DNA of 64,000 bases from Eledone cirrhosa (taxonomy: Eukaryota). Shown one piece after another: positions 41,936 through 58,325 of this stretch; position 1 is the stretch's first letter; each line of letters starts with the position of its first letter. The DNA is taken from the NCBI GenBank assembly GCA_964016885.1, contig OZ024753.1, positions 21,824,001 to 21,888,000 of the forward strand, given 5' to 3'. A program made the position numbers and the translations under genes. The notes below the pieces were generated by a model. It was not told where the DNA came from, made no database searches, and saw nothing but the letters and a program-made list of their open reading frames with translations.

Positions 41936-42903
41936 ATAACTGAACAAAAAGGTAAAACGAACACAGACATATATATATGTGTTCAAATCGTAATGGAACA
42001 AAATCGCTAAGGTGAAAATAATACTAACTACAGACAATAGGGTTTGCTGGACTCAATTTAAGAACAAATTAAGAAAAATAAATACAAACCAGTATTGTGG
42101 TAACTACCATCACCCAGACGGTCTTTGATAGAACCGTTTCGCAATATTATTTGTGAAGAGGTATACCAAATTCCAGGCTCATCAGTGGGTGAAGAAATTA
42201 GTATCCTCCTCACTTCTAAATCAAATAGAAAACTGGAAAGTCTGTGTATATATAACGCACATGGTTCCCGAACTTAGTGTGTCGCGCATACTTACGCCAC
42301 TAAAAATAGCAGCCGGGTCTACACGACATTTGAAATAGCTCTACGAATTAACGGAGCCGAATATATCAAAACTATGTATTGAGTTAGAAACTCAAAATAG
42401 TCTCATTACAGTAATTTAATCGTGTAGACCCGGCTGCTATTTTTAGTGGCGTAAGTCTGCGCGACACGCTAAGTTCGGGAACCATGTACGTTATACATAT
42501 ATACACACTTTCCAGTTTTCTATTTGATTTAGAAGGAGGAGGATACTAATTTCTTCACCCACTGATGAGCCTGGAATTTGGTATACCTCTTCACAAATAA
42601 TATTGCGAAACGGTTCTATCAAAGACCGTCTGGGTGATGGTAGTTACCACAATACTGGTTTGTATTTATTTTTCTTAATTTATTCTTAAATTGAGTCCAG
42701 CAAACCCTATTGTCTGTAGTTAATATTTTTTTCACCTTAGCAATTTTGTTCCATTACGATTTGAACACATATATATATATATATATGTCTGTGTTCGTTT
42801 TACCTTTTTGTTCAGTTATATACGGCTCGGAAAAACCTTTTTCCTAGAGCTAATTTACTGTAATGAGACTATTTTGAGTTTCTAACTCAATACATGCTTT
42901 TGA
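41936..42903. mobile_element. non-coding inverted HHR element, ~520 nt unit
   Basis: arms 41936-42326 / 42420-42821; tail 42822-42903 on the right; tail end re-read at 42361-42415 (-); TA-flanked. Confidence 0.9.
42555..42637 (+). ncRNA. canonical type I hammerhead (mirror copy 42110-42192 minus)
   Basis: TCACCCA-CTGATGA-GC..GC-GAAA-CGGT..ACCG-TC-TGGGTGA; GUC cleavage after 42630. Confidence 0.9.
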
Positions 42904-42985
42904 TATATATATATATATATATATTTGTATCTCGAGATAAACAAAATCATGCATAATGCGCACGTACACATTAATACCCCCCCCC

Positions 42986-43019
<34 letters not shown>

Positions 43020-43184
43020 ATATATATACATACATGCCAAGAAACATCTATACATATTTGTTTATTTCGATGCTCATACCAGACTCACAATAATATTGTT
43101 CAGCGTCACTAATTGTCTGCACAATCGTTGAAACCTGGGGTAGTGGCAGACATCAGTCGAATAAATATTATTATATTATACCAC

Positions 43185-43378
43185 AGGGTGGTGGATTGGC
43201 AGTATCGGTAGAGGGTTGGACGCCTTGCTTTGATGCATAGAGTTACGGCCCTTTCCAATCTGAGTTCAAATCCCGCCGAGGTTAACTTTGCCTTTCATCC
43301 TTACGGGGTCGATAAAATAAAGTACCAGTAATGTACTGGGCAATTGCTGGACTTGTGCCAAAAGTAGAAACAATTATT
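43185..43378 (+). mobile_element. major SINE
   Basis: family consensus match. Confidence 0.9.
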
Positions 43379-43386
43379 ATATTATA

Positions 43387-43920
43387 CGAACGGGTTTCAA
43401 ATCGTTCGTGGAAAAAGGACAATTGGAAAAAACGGTTTAAGCTATGATGTTTATTTTTCAACATATCCTCCCCCTAGGTCAATACACATCTGCAAGTGTT
43501 GATATCAGCTTTTAAGTCCATCTGTGTAAAACTAAGGGCCATGTGATTTAAACCATGTTAAAACAGCTTTTTTTTACATCTTCCACTGGGGGATCATTTT
43601 CAACTTCATTTCTTCCACTTCTAAAACAACTCATCTATTTGTAGGTCGTTGATTTCTTTGGCGCATTGTCCCCATAAACTTGCACTATAGTGACAATGAT
43701 TTGGCTGCTCTTCCACCCTAGCTCCACCTTGAATTTGATGTTTTGATGGAAGACATATTGCTCGAGCAGGTGCTGACTCCTGACTGGCGGTGCCGTGTTG
43801 CAACATGTATTTAAGGGTTCATGTTAGAACATGTTATGATATGTTAGTACAAGAACGTTGAGATCAAAATCCCTGCATATTTTCAGTTATGTACTTTTTC
43901 CACGAACTTTTGAAGCCCCC
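43387..43920 (-). mobile_element. internally deleted mariner element
   Basis: TIRs TTCAAATCGTTCGTGGAAAAAG / CTTTTTCCACGAACTTTTGAA; minus-strand remnant FYTDGLKS*..CIDLGGGYVEK* typical of the mariner C-terminus. Confidence 0.75.
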
Positions 43921-44593
43921 CCCCCCCCCCATATACTGTATTTTAGAATACTTTGCAGTATTCGTTTCGGCGCTCTGCTCCCTGAGCTCCAATCCTGTCG
44001 ATGTCAAGTCTGCCTATCATCCATTCAAGGTCTATAAAAAAGTACCAGTCAAGTACTGGGGTCGCACTTCAATTCTCTAATTTTCTATCCTCCTCTGGGA
44101 GAAATGTGTTCAGTTCAGACCTGGAGTCATTGGCTCCGTGAGGTTACGGGACCATACCATACATATTGAATACTGAGTCGGTGTCTCATCAGGAGGGGAA
44201 GTAACTATGTAAGTGTTGCGGTTCTTAAAACGAGATTCTTGTCTTTTGCCGATAGTCAACCCTGGTTCCGACAGTATATGAATAAATAAAGAAATAGGGG
44301 TGAAGACAGGAAAATAAACACATACAAACAGTCCTATCTCATCAGTCGATCGCTAGAGATAAGTTGTTTCAGTTCTTGAAGATCGATATAACTGGTTCTA
44401 GTGCACTATATAGATTTCCTAAGAGGAACGGGAGAGAACCCCAGTTGAATAAGGTACTCAAAAAACATAGAGAAGGCATATATTTATTTTATATAGAAAT
44501 GTCTTCTACGGCTCGAAAACTATTTCAATCGTTTCAAATGATCAAATCCAGATGATTTCAAACAAAGGAAACATATCTACTCTTGTAGAAATC

Positions 44594-44739
<146 letters not shown>

Positions 44740-45387
44740 GTGTGTGGATCCGGAGGTAAATTGGGGGTAGCTACAGTAAGTAAGGTACTCAATACATTTG
44801 TAGAGTGAAAATATAAATATTTAATATAGAAATCGCTTCTGCAGGACTAGAATTGTTTCATTCGTATGAAATCATCAACTCTGATTCTGTATATCTTTAA
44901 GTTAAAATAATTTTGTCTTGTGTTCGTATAAAATACGAGGACTTCTTAAATGTCGTTTTGTGAAATGATATAACATAATTGATTTTGTTGTTGTGTGGAG
45001 GGAATTCAGTCCAAATATATCTTACTGGTACCATGTAGTATTATTTGACTGCTTTGGTATATTATAGATAATTAGAATAGAGTTGCAGATGAAAATGGGA
45101 CTAAACGTCGAAACATGTCAGGTTAATGAATCAAGAGTAAGGGAAGATGAGAGAGAGCTGAAGAAGAGAGGAAATATTGGGCTTGAAGAAACAGAAATAA
45201 TTATTGGAATGAGAAATATGTTCGTTGATAGCATTTAGAATGTAGAAAGAAATTGTGAATAAATGGTTTCATTTTTATTCTGTGGATAGATGGACAATAA
45301 CATACTCGTTAGAAAGGTTTTTAATTCACAAAAATACATATATTAGAGTTGGCAAAACACTATGTATAAGCACCTACATGCCTGCAT

Positions 45388-45499
<112 letters not shown>

Positions 45500-45500
45500 T

Positions 45501-45724
45501 TAATTAGAAAGTGAACAACACAAAATATAACTACTCCATTACCAAAGGTTTCTGGGTCACAGGCGATAATAATATACGTCTCGATCGTTCGTCAGATAGA
45601 GATGTTATTATAACCTTTGGTAATGGAGTAGTTATATTTTATGTTGTTCACTTTCTAATTAAACAGCTCTGTTCTATACATAGAGCACTCTTTTTTCCTT
45701 TGATTTTCCTTTGGAATTACCTAA
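45501..45724. mobile_element. miniature inverted element with one-sided tail, within CA/TA repeats
   Basis: arms 45501-45550 / 45612-45662; tail 45663-45724 resembles 52966-53030; CTGACGA on the minus strand in the spacer. Confidence 0.65.
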
Positions 45725-45874
45725 CACACACATATACAAATATGCATATACAGACACATACGCACATATACGCATATTTACACACACACATATGTACATA
45801 AATTTTCTATGTACATACACGCGCACACAAACAAACATATATATGCAAGCATACATCGTTTAATTATAACCAAC

Positions 45875-46270
45875 AAGGGGAGGTAAGTGTAAAAGTCAAA
45901 CTCGCTGTCTTTAATTCGTGCCATCCTTTACCTAAGACCACGAATCTTACGTAATGAACGAAAGAATACGATCGCGAATACAACCGGCCGAAATGGGGTT
46001 CTCTGATGGGTCTTTGGAGTAATGTTACTCGATAAAGAGTGTAGGTCGGAGATCAGAGAGTCACTCCAGGTAGAGCTGCTACTTCTCCGAATTGAGAGAT
46101 CACAGCTCCGATACTATCGACACGTGGTTAGAGTGTCTCAGGAAAGAATTGCTGGACAGATTTTACGGACAAAACTAACCGAGGTTGCTTCTAACAGGAC
46201 CCGCTGAAAGGAGTATTTGAAGACTCTCCACACGACCCTCTCAGAAATAAGTGGGCGAAGAAGTAGAAGT
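45875..46270 (+). mobile_element. RTE-clade LINE 3' fragment
   Basis: homologous to 37555-37985; LLLRIERSQLRYYRHVVRV. Confidence 0.8.
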
Positions 46271-46648
46271 TCACATTATTTTCAAATGATCATTTCCAGC
46301 CGTTGATTTCTATTTCCTATATGCAAATGAGAATCTCCAGTAAATGTTCATAACACAAATTCTATGTAGGATATAGTCTATTTCCATATTATTACCGGTT
46401 GAGTGAAGGTCACTGATGTGAGATTAAGGAATACCAAAACATCTGTCTGACATTCTCGATTGCTACTGAGTGACATGTTCACTGACAAAAAGCGAGAAAA
46501 AATATTTTTTCGTAAATATATTTTTTTCTTTTATAGCGGAGCTCCCAAATAATTATTGTATGATAACATATAGTATATGCTTTCATATACACCTATTACG
46601 TCAAACGCTGCCATAGGGCTACTGCCAATATATATATATATATATATA

Positions 46649-47900
<1,252 letters not shown>

Positions 47901-48402
47901 ATGTTTATAGTTGATTAAGAGCACTCAACAGTTCCTGGAGCAAATAATCAATAAAAGTAAGCATTAAAAAAACTCCATATGTAATTATGCATATACATAC
48001 AAAACCATACACACACATATGTAGTTGGTTGTGTGTGTATATATATATACACACAACAAACTACATATGTGTGTGCGGACACTAGGAACCCATATAAAAA
48101 TAATAATTCAGTGGATGGAATATATTTATCTCCAAATTATTTGTTGAGCGAAACTTGCCAAAATTTACTGCTATGGTTCATGGTAGTAGTTAGGCTCTTG
48201 TCATAATACCACCCCACTCCTCACTGATTAACCTCAGTGTCACGTGATTGATTCTTTAGAATTTGCCACTGACCAAGTAGGCAGTGAATTTTTTCAGTGC
48301 CCTGGAATTTAATCCCCGCTAGCTTTGTTCCATCCACTGAATTATTATTTTTATATGGGTTCCTAGTGTCCGCGCATTGCCTGGGAACTTAGCTGAGAAT
48401 AG

Positions 48403-48484
48403 ACTTCCTGATGACGTAAGGACTTCTCTATAGTTACATTACGTAACTATATTTATTCCCTTACAGAAACTAATTAGTTGGAGT
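48403..48484 (+). ncRNA. type I hammerhead, stem III CTAATTAG (unit 1)
   Basis: ACTTC-CTGATGA-..GTAAGG..CCTTAC-A-GAAA-CTAATTAG-TT-GGAGT. Confidence 0.85.
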
Positions 48485-48940
48485 GAAAATTTTAGTAAGT
48501 AAGTTAATTTTTAATTTTTAAAATTTTCTTATTTTACGTCTTTCATATAATTGTTCTGCATTCCCCTGCATAGAACCACAAAGGTACTAAGACATAACAT
48601 ATATTTCCTAGCATGGGTATACATCTGTATACATATGTTGGTAGATATACGAATTCTCTATATTTATCTCCAAATTATTTGTTGAGCGAAACTTGCCAAA
48701 ATTTACTGCTATGGTTCATGGTAGTAGTTAGGCTCTTGTCATAATATCACCCCACCCCTCACTGATTAACCTCAGTGTCACGTGATTGATTCTTTAGAAT
48801 TTGCCACTGACCAAGTAGGCAGTGAATTTTTTCAGTGCCCTGGAATTTAGTCCCCGCTAGTTTTGTTCCATCCACTGAATTATTATTTTTATATGGGTTC
48901 CTAGTGTCCGCGCATTGCCTGGGAACTTAGCTGAGAATAG

Positions 48941-49021
48941 ACTCCCTGATGAAGTAAGGACTTCTCTATAGTTACATTACGTAACTATATTTATCCCTTA
49001 CAGAAACTAATTAGTTGGAGT
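48941..49021 (+). ncRNA. type I hammerhead, stem III CTAATTAG (unit 2)
   Basis: ACTCC-CTGATGA..GAAA-CTAATTAG-TT-GGAGT. Confidence 0.87.
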
Positions 49022-49190
49022 GAAAATTTTAGTAAGTAAGTTAATTTTTAATTTTTAAAATTTTCTTATTTTACGTCTTTCATATAATTGTTCTGCATCC
49101 CCCTGTATAGAACCACAAAGGTACTACGACATAACATATATATTTGCTAGCATGGGTACACATCTGTATACATATGTTGGTAGATATACT

Positions 49191-49870
<680 letters not shown>

Positions 49871-49948
49871 GTGGTCTTTCAACCCTAGTAATTTTAGACA
49901 CACGATTTACGTGTATGTATGTTGTCGTGTATATGTGTATATAAGTGT

Positions 49949-49979
<31 letters not shown>

Positions 49980-50165
49980 TATGTGTATGTATACATTTTT
50001 ATATGTATGTGTATGTGTATGTATGTGTATATATATATATATGTGAGTGTGTTTATATATATGTGTGTGTGTATTTTTATTTATGTGGTGTTGTAACCCT
50101 TTGTACTTATGTGTGTGTGTATATTAGTGTGTGTTGTGTATATTAGTGTGTGTGTATATATATAG

Positions 50166-50730
50166 GAAGCACTTTGGATCAAACGCCTAGGGCCACAGTT
50201 AAACAACGGATCCGAGAGAAGCTAAATGAGGTGGTTGGTTTAAATAAACAAACGATGCAGCAACACACGCACACACACACACAAGTGAGACAGCAACACA
50301 CGCACACACACACACACAGTAGCATTCCACCATACGAACATACTACACTGCCAATACAAAAGAACAAGGCAACAACACACGCACACACACACACACTCAA
50401 GCGAGACAACAACACACGCACACACACAGACACAGTAATATTCACCAAACAGGCAGAGAATACTATGGACTGACAGCTAGCGCCACCCCACTCCCACAAT
50501 TGAAAGAACTATTTCGGCCGCCGACCTCTGCTTGACCAACCCCATTTCACGCGCACGCGCGCTCTGCTGAATACCTCAGATATTCAAAACAACGAACAGC
50601 GGAGGACACGTTTCGCACCTTTCCGACAGACAACCCCCCCCCCCCCCGGAAAAAAACTCAGTTGATGGATGTGAATCCGAAATATATAGAGACAATTAAA
50701 TCTCTCCCAAGGTAACTCTATCTCGTGTTA
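50166..50730 (+). mobile_element. 3' fragment of a PLE related to element E
   Basis: EALWIKRLGPQLNNGSERS*MRWLV* versus E EALVIKNLRPPLNNRAERNELTWLT*; shared 3' structured motif. Confidence 0.7.
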
Positions 50731-50842
50731 TTATTTTTATTTTTATACCTTTATTTTTTATTTGTCGTATGCTCTACTATTTGAATACCCCTTCTTTCTC
50801 TTTATTTTTATTTTGTGCATGTATTTTGTGCATGTATTTTGT

Positions 50843-51702
50843 ATTAATGTGAGCAAGAAGCCAACAGTAATTCATACATATATATAAGTGACTATTACGT
50901 CAAGATGGAAAATATTTAAAATATTTAACGTAAGATATGGGAAAATAATTCAATCTCAATTCAAAAAAAGTCAAGACAGAAATTTTATCCAAAGATTTTG
51001 TGTAATCCAGGGAAAGAACCAATAGAGTCTTAACTCAGAATAAAATTAAGGGTAAATACTTATCCTTCAATTTGGAAAAATGTACAAAAGCTCTATATAG
51101 TCTTTAAAAGACTATTTCACGAAACTTTTCAGTGGGGTTAGTCACGATTGGGTCGTTCATCAGTAGAGCTCAACACGATAACTAAGAACCACAGCTAAAA
51201 TATGCCAAAAGGGAATTTAAAAGCAGACTAGTTACACCTCGTGTGGAATTAAGATAATAAACACACATGGAGAACAGGGCTAGTGACGTCAGAATGAGAC
51301 GAATCACTGTTTACAAGAAACATCAGTCAAAACATTCCAAAAAAAAAACTCGACAAAAAATATGGAGTTCAGCATAAAGCAATATTATCGCGGTTTTTTA
51401 AAAAAAAAACCGGGATTAGTGACAAATAATTTTAAGCATTCTAGGAAAAATTCCGAGTATAAATATAAATGAAAATAGAGAAATTAATGTGAGCAAGAAG
51501 CCAACAGTAATTCATACATATAAGTGACTATTACGTCAAGATGGAAAATATTGAACGTAAGATATGGGAAAATAATTCAATCTCAATAAAAAAAAGTCAA
51601 GACAGAAATTTTATCCACAGATTTTGTGTAACCCAGGGAAAAATCCAATAGAGTCTTAACTCAGAATAAAATTAAGGGTAAATACTTATCCTTCAATTTG
51701 GA
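50843..51702 (-). mobile_element. retrozyme-like family H copy 2, ~640 bp unit plus ~220 bp redundancy
   Basis: 50843-51075 repeats at 51483-51702. Confidence 0.82.
51090..51169 (-). ncRNA. canonical type I hammerhead
   Basis: GCTCTA-CTGATGA-ACGA..TCGT-GAAA-TAGTCT..AGACTA-TA-TAGAGC. Confidence 0.9.
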
Positions 51703-51710
51703 ATATATAA

Positions 51711-51796
<86 letters not shown>

Positions 51797-51801
<5 letters not shown>

Positions 51802-52082
51802 GGTTAAACAAGGTTCAATGAATAAATCAAAGAATGAGTTTTACAATAGATTGGAAGCACTCCACAAGATTGGTTTTCCGGTGTTATTAATATTAATTCA
51901 AAATAATAACAAAAATAGACATTCGTGTGATCAAGTATATTTTATTATACATATTTCAGAGGTACTAAGTTATTTACAACAGTACGTCTTCATCAGATAA
52001 AATAAGATGATGTATGCATGGCATACCCTGACTTAGTAGATGGTTAAGATTCAGTCATGGCATGACTGAATCTTAACCATCT
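51797..52082 (-). mobile_element. family L HHR end fragment terminating in a snap-back hairpin
   Basis: HHR 51938-52004: TATTTTAT-CTGATGA..GAAA-TATGTA-TA-ATAAAATA; palindrome 52038-52082; tail matches 63224-63308. Confidence 0.75.
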
Positions 52083-52094
52083 TATATCCACATT

Positions 52095-52290
52095 GGTGGA
52101 TTGGCAGTATCGGTAGAGGGTCGGACACCATGCTTTGCATCAAAGAGTTACGGCCCTTTATGGTTTGAGTTCAAATCCCGCCGAGGTTAACTTTTCCTTT
52201 CATCCTTACGGGGTCGATAAAATAAAATGACTGTAATACACTGAAATAATTGCTGGCCTTGTGTCAAAAGTAGAAACAATTATTATTATT
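52095..52290 (+). mobile_element. major SINE
   Basis: family consensus match. Confidence 0.88.
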
Positions 52291-52537
52291 ATTATTTTTA
52301 TTTTTATTTTAAATTTTGCCGTCTTGTATCGCTGTGAACTTAATAATATTTTTTATTTTTTTATTTTTTTCTTAATCCTTATTTTTTATTTGCTTATTTG
52401 TATGTGACGGCCTATTATGATTATTTATTCTTATTTGTGTGTGTGCATATGTATCCTTTTATATGTGAGTACGTATGCATGTGTGTATATATTTGTGTAT
52501 GTATGTGTGTGTGTATGTATGTATGCGTATGTATATA

Positions 52538-52596
<59 letters not shown>

Positions 52597-52874
52597 TGGT
52601 GTATTTATGTATGGATATATATATATATATGTATGTGTGTGTATATGTGTCTCTGTGTATATATATGTGTATATATGCGTGTATATATGTATATATATAT
52701 ATGTATATATGTGTGTATATGTGAGTGTGTGTGCGTGTGTGCGTGTGTGTACGTGTATGTTGTTATATATTCTTATTTATTATCCCCCTCCCCCTTTTTT
52801 TTCTTCCAACCTCATTTTCATATCTGTTATATTTTTGTTGTTCAAATCCACTGTCAATAAAGACACCAGGACTT

Positions 52875-52934
52875 TTTCATTCTGATGAATGAAAGCAATT
52901 TTGGTTGCTTTCAAGAAACCACTGGTAAATGAAA
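52875..52934 (+). ncRNA. type I hammerhead of family I
   Basis: TTTCATT-CTGATGA-A-TGAAAGCAA..TTGCTTTCA-A-GAAA-CCACTGG-TA-AATGAAA. Confidence 0.88.
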
Positions 52935-53040
52935 TAATTATTTTATGTTGTTTATTACATAACTAATAAGATCTGTAACCTACATAAAGCACTCTTTTTT
53001 CCTGGACTGCTCTGACGGAATCACCTCATTCACACACACA

Positions 53041-55571
53041 ATGGCCAACCGCCCTTGTAGGAGCTCCGCAAAGACCACAAGACAGTCGACGACCCGACAA
53101 CAGGACCACCAACAAGACCTGTATGCGGAGCAAATATAGCTAGCAACTACAGGATCTCATACTTCCTCTCAATGGTTATACGCCCCATAATCAAGGTGTC
53201 CCCAGATGTATGTGACAGTACAGAGGAAATCCTCAGCAGAATCAGTGAGTGCAACAAAAACAGGAACCTATCCAACTGCATAATAGGCAGTATGGATGTG
53301 GTATCACTGTACCCATCCATTAACATTGATTTTGCTGTGGAAAAATGTGTGGAGATGATCATTGAGAGTGAGGTGGAGTTCTGCGACGTCGACACAGACG
53401 AACTGGGCCTCCTACTTACACTTACCTACGACACTGACTACCTAGACAGCCATGACCTTAGACGTTTCTGCCCCAGTAGACCCATAAGAGGTAGACCCCC
53501 CCCCCCCCACACCATAACCTAAATGGCTAAAAAGACTCCCATGGGAAGGTGGATTGGGTGGACCAAAGCTATACGGACCCCCCAAAACAATGATCAGGTA
53601 ATAAAAATGGTCGCAATAGGGGCTATTATCAAAACTACCCTAAAGGGCCACATATTCAAGTTCAACGAGAAGATCTACACCCAAAATGAGGGAGCAGCCA
53701 TTGGCGTCAGCATAGCTGGTGACGTTGCCAACCTTTTTATGGTATGGTGGGAAAGGAGACTCAAAGATCTCCAGAAGAGAGCACTAACAAGTTTGATTTA
53801 GAACGTAGCACAATGGAAAGCATCCAGCAGATAGCTAACTCCATACACCAGAGTATAACTGTAACTATCGACTATCCTTCCACACACCCTAACAATAGAC
53901 TACCTGTATTAGACACGGAACTCTGGATTAACACTATAGGCGAGAGAGCCCAAATTCTCCACTCACACTATGCTAAACCCATGGCCTCCAAATACCTGAT
54001 ACTCAAAAACTCAGCAATGTCCAGTAGTGCTAAGTTTAATATTCTGATCGCAGATTTGGTACGAGTGATGAAGAATGTGTCCAGCATGTGCGACCCAACA
54101 GAAATGGAAAGACACATCCAACACTTCATCAACCGTATGCAGTTCTCTGGCTACAACCAAAGAGACAGAGTCAGAGTATACGAAGGAGCCACGGTGAAGT
54201 ATAAGACCCTCATAGAACTGGACATGAAAGGAATTTGTCCATTATACAGGAGCAAATCATGGAATAGCTTAGATAGGACTAGACATAAGATAGGGAAGGC
54301 CACATCATGGTACGACAACCAGAGATACCAGAGCGTCATGTTTGTGGACGCTACCCCTGGAGGGAAATTAGCTAACCAGTGTAGAAAGGCCCTGAGAAAG
54401 ACCCACTTAAAGGTTAAGGTGGTAGAAAAGCTAGGAACCACCATAAAATCCCTGATCAGCAAAACCTACCCTTTTAAGAAAACCCACTGTACCAATAGGA
54501 AATGTATCATATGTAAGGTGAACCCCCGGATAAACTGTAAAACTAGAAACGTAGTCTATAGCATAAGATGTACAGAGGGTACTTGCAGAAACATGACAAC
54601 AACATACATAGGCGAGACAGGTCGTAGCATAGGTGAAAGGATAGACCAACACTGGGGGGAACTAAAAGGACGAAAAAACGGATCAGTACTATACGAACAT
54701 ACCAGACAACAACACAACGGTAACATAGACAACATAGTTCGAATAATATCTAAACATAGAAATGACCCAGCAGATAGGCAAATCAGAGAGGGCAGTTAAA
54801 TAGAACTTAGAAGGCCAAGGCTAAACAGAAATAATGAATGGAATAACAACACCCAAACAAACAACACTGACGTAACAGAAGTATAAATAAATAAATAAAT
54901 AAATAAATACATACACAAGCACAATAACAACAAATACATATACACTAGTAAACTAATATTGAATACATTAACCAATACACAGTTACTCAAACAAGAACAC
55001 ACATCAAACAAAACACTATACACACGAAAGCGCATGAGCAGAGAAGACAAAAAATAAACAAATAAATAAACAGACTAAATAAAGATGGCGTAGGCATACA
55101 ATGCAACGGGAGGAAACATAATAGCACCACTGACGATGTTGCAGATGTGCAACGAAAGAACTTTGATAGACTATATATATATGTGTTTGTGTCTATATTG
55201 TATCTGTAATTTTTTTGTTTCTACTTTAGGCAGAAGGCCAGCAATTACCCAGTGCATTACTGGTTCTTTATTTTATCGACCCCGTAAGGATGAAACGCAA
55301 AGTCAACCTCGGCGTGATTTGAACTCAAATCGTAAAGGGACGTAACTATGCTGGAAAGCATGGCGTCCAACCCTCTACCGATACTGCCAATCCACCGCCC
55401 TTATATTGTGTCTGTAATTTTGACCGTTGGTCAGTCAATGGTAACTTTGAGGACCGAATAAATTAAATTAACCGATATAAAAGACACAGAAGCGAAAACC
55501 AACCAAACAGTGAGTGTGTTCTGTTATTAATTCTGGCAATATTATTACAGAAATATGACCCTCCCCAAGTA

Positions 55572-55575
<4 letters not shown>
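53041..55575 (+). mobile_element. degenerate Penelope-like element of a fourth lineage, 5' truncated
   Basis: RKDHK..GPPTRPVCGA, IGSMDVVSLYPSI, QNEGAAIG, VVYSIRC..YIGETGRS; the catalytic DD region appears deleted near 53765; HHR-like motif 55121-55174; ends in (TA)n. Confidence 0.82.
55216..55400 (-). mobile_element. major SINE inserted in the PLE tail with ~19 bp TSD
   Basis: TATATTGTRTCTGTAATTT at 55194-55212 and 55402-55420. Confidence 0.9.
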
Positions 55576-55628
<53 letters not shown>

Positions 55629-58325
55629 TTAATTATACTATTTATGGTTATGCAAATACAAAAAACCTTTTGCAGTTATATATATTTTTATAAACCCTAA
55701 ATAGTGGTAGGCAGTAATATATTACTACTACTTTATTACCAGTAAGTTAAATAGCTCAATGTAAAAACATCAGATGATTTACAGAGCAGTTATATGAATT
55801 ATAATATTCAAAGAACTGTTCAAAACATGTTTATGCTTACAACTGTTTCCTCCAAACCGAGGTTTGGGTTCTTCGGAGCAATTTATTATTGAATGAACAC
55901 TTATATGACCTCCTTTTCACCCAGGGGACATACAGATACATATGCAAATATTGTGGGTCAACATTCATTATAACATTTAGAGTGGCAGTACACACTTAGA
56001 GATTACATTCATATTAAAAGATACAATCAAAAATACAGGTTAAAATACAACATGAAATTAAGCGGTTATATAGTGCAAACGTTATATGTGTGGCAAGCAC
56101 GTGCGTCTTGTTTATATAGTGTGGCAGAGAGTTACGTGTAGTAGAAGCACTTAAGCAGGTAATCGAGAGTGTTAAGGTTGTTGATCTGGTGATGAATTCT
56201 TTATATGATTGTTATAGTCCGTGTGTGGAGAAATAATATAAGTATTAAAAATAGTGTAAGCATTAAAAATATTGGAAATGCGTAGCGAAGCGATGATATG
56301 GGTTTCATGCACTGCGACATTTTCATAGTCTGGGGAGCGTATTTTTCAGATTATACGCCCCTCACATAATCCACAACGATTCGATATTGGGCGTTTGACA
56401 ATCCAGTTAGAGAATCGTATTCTGATGTTCTTTGCCTCAATACAGGAGGATGTTACGTTGCGAGAATCGACATCGAAATACTACCCGGAAGTGTGTGTGT
56501 GGCTAAGGGGAGTTAATGCATGAGGGGAGGTAACTCATTGGTTTCTATTACTAACTATTAAATTGTGTCTCAAAATAGACCCTAACTTATATGGTTATGC
56601 GCCAATTCTAAAAAATTTCTAAAAATTTAAAGTGTTTTATCTATAGAGTAGTCTATTAAGTTGTGCTGAAGGTGTTCTTATTATGGTGATTAACCCCCAA
56701 CGTAGAGTGCCACAAATGAATATTATACACGACGAGCGAGAATTCTAAATTAATGATCTCTGTGGTTGCAGTCTACTCAAGGAACCAAGCAAGGTGATTG
56801 CAGAATCACTTCAACACACAATGATCTCTTGTAAGTTCTGGGTCATTGCTTGCTACATTGGATGTCGAAAGATAATCATCACCAGGGCCGACCAGAGGTC
56901 AATCCACAGTCCTCATGACTCCAAACTGACCATCAAATCATACACATATGTACAACCCATACGCCACTTGCAATACATTCATTCACTGCACCCAGCGTAC
57001 CGGTCATACAGCTCATCAGCGTTACTAGATTAATTAGTTTTTCATTTGTCCAACGATGGCACTTCCTCCGCACAGCACCAACAATACAGTCAATTCAATG
57101 CTTAAATTAACTATAAAGTGGTGTAGTGCAGTTCAAGCAAGTGGATGTTGTCACACCTAAAGTAGAAGTACAAAGGGGTATTCCCCCTGTGAAGGGTTCT
57201 AGAGGGATGTCGCGATTTGTGTTATATTAGATCAATGAGTGTTGGGTATGTGGTATAAGGTGTGCCCCTGGTGTTTGATGCTAGAGGTGGTGTTTGGTTC
57301 AAGTCCGACATTGCTATATATTGGGCTTAAAGTTTTGGAAGGAATGTCTGAAGCGGTGCTGGCAAGTTGCAAACACTTCAGATTTTTTGTTAAGTAGGTT
57401 ACGGTTAGAGAAGATAATATTGTGGGTCTCTAGTATACAGAGGTTACAAAATTTATTAGGTGGTTTGTACGAAGTTGCGCTACCTATTACTTCCCATTTG
57501 AGTGTGTAAGGTTTATTTTTAGTTTTTAGATAGTGTATGTAACTAGATAGTGAGGTGGAGTTGGCTAGACTGTGCTTTTTGAACGAGTGGATGTGCGAAT
57601 TATATCTGATTTTGAAGCAGTTAGAAGTGGAGCCTACATAGGTTTCTGAAGAGTTGCTAGTTGTGACGCTGCATGAGTATATGATATCCTTGGTTAGGCA
57701 TTTTTTATCTAAAGGGCAGGTTCTATTAGCTCTACAGTTACAATTATCCTGTGTGTTAGTCTGCTGGTTATAATGCAGTGCAGAAGTCCGGGTGGTAGCT
57801 ATAGGATTTTGGACATTCGGGTTGTCGACCCCGGTGTTATTTCTTATACTAGTGGTATTTCTATTATTACTGCCGTTACTATGGTTGTTTGCTACAGAGG
57901 TATTTAGAAGGTTTACCTCCTGTTGTGATTTCGTTTGTTGGAAGTAAGAATTTATTTTACTTTTATTGCTGCTAGCTATGTGGTATGCTAAGTTAGGCGT
58001 CGTAGAGTATGAGATTTTAATAGTGTTTTTGTTTAAAAGGTTATGGTACTTGTGTCCTAGAGGGAAGTTCTTATCTAGTTAATAGTATTAATTATACTAT
58101 TTATGGTTATGCAAATACAAAAACCTTTTGCAGTTATATATATTTTTATAAACCCTAAATAGTGGTAGGCAGTAATATATTACTACCTTATTACCAGTAA
58201 GTTAAATAGCTCAATGTAAAAACATCAGATGATTTACGGTTTTTGTATTTGCATAACCATAAATAGTATAATTAATACTATTAACTGCTCCATACTGTTG
58301 AGCTGACATACAATAAATTACCAAT

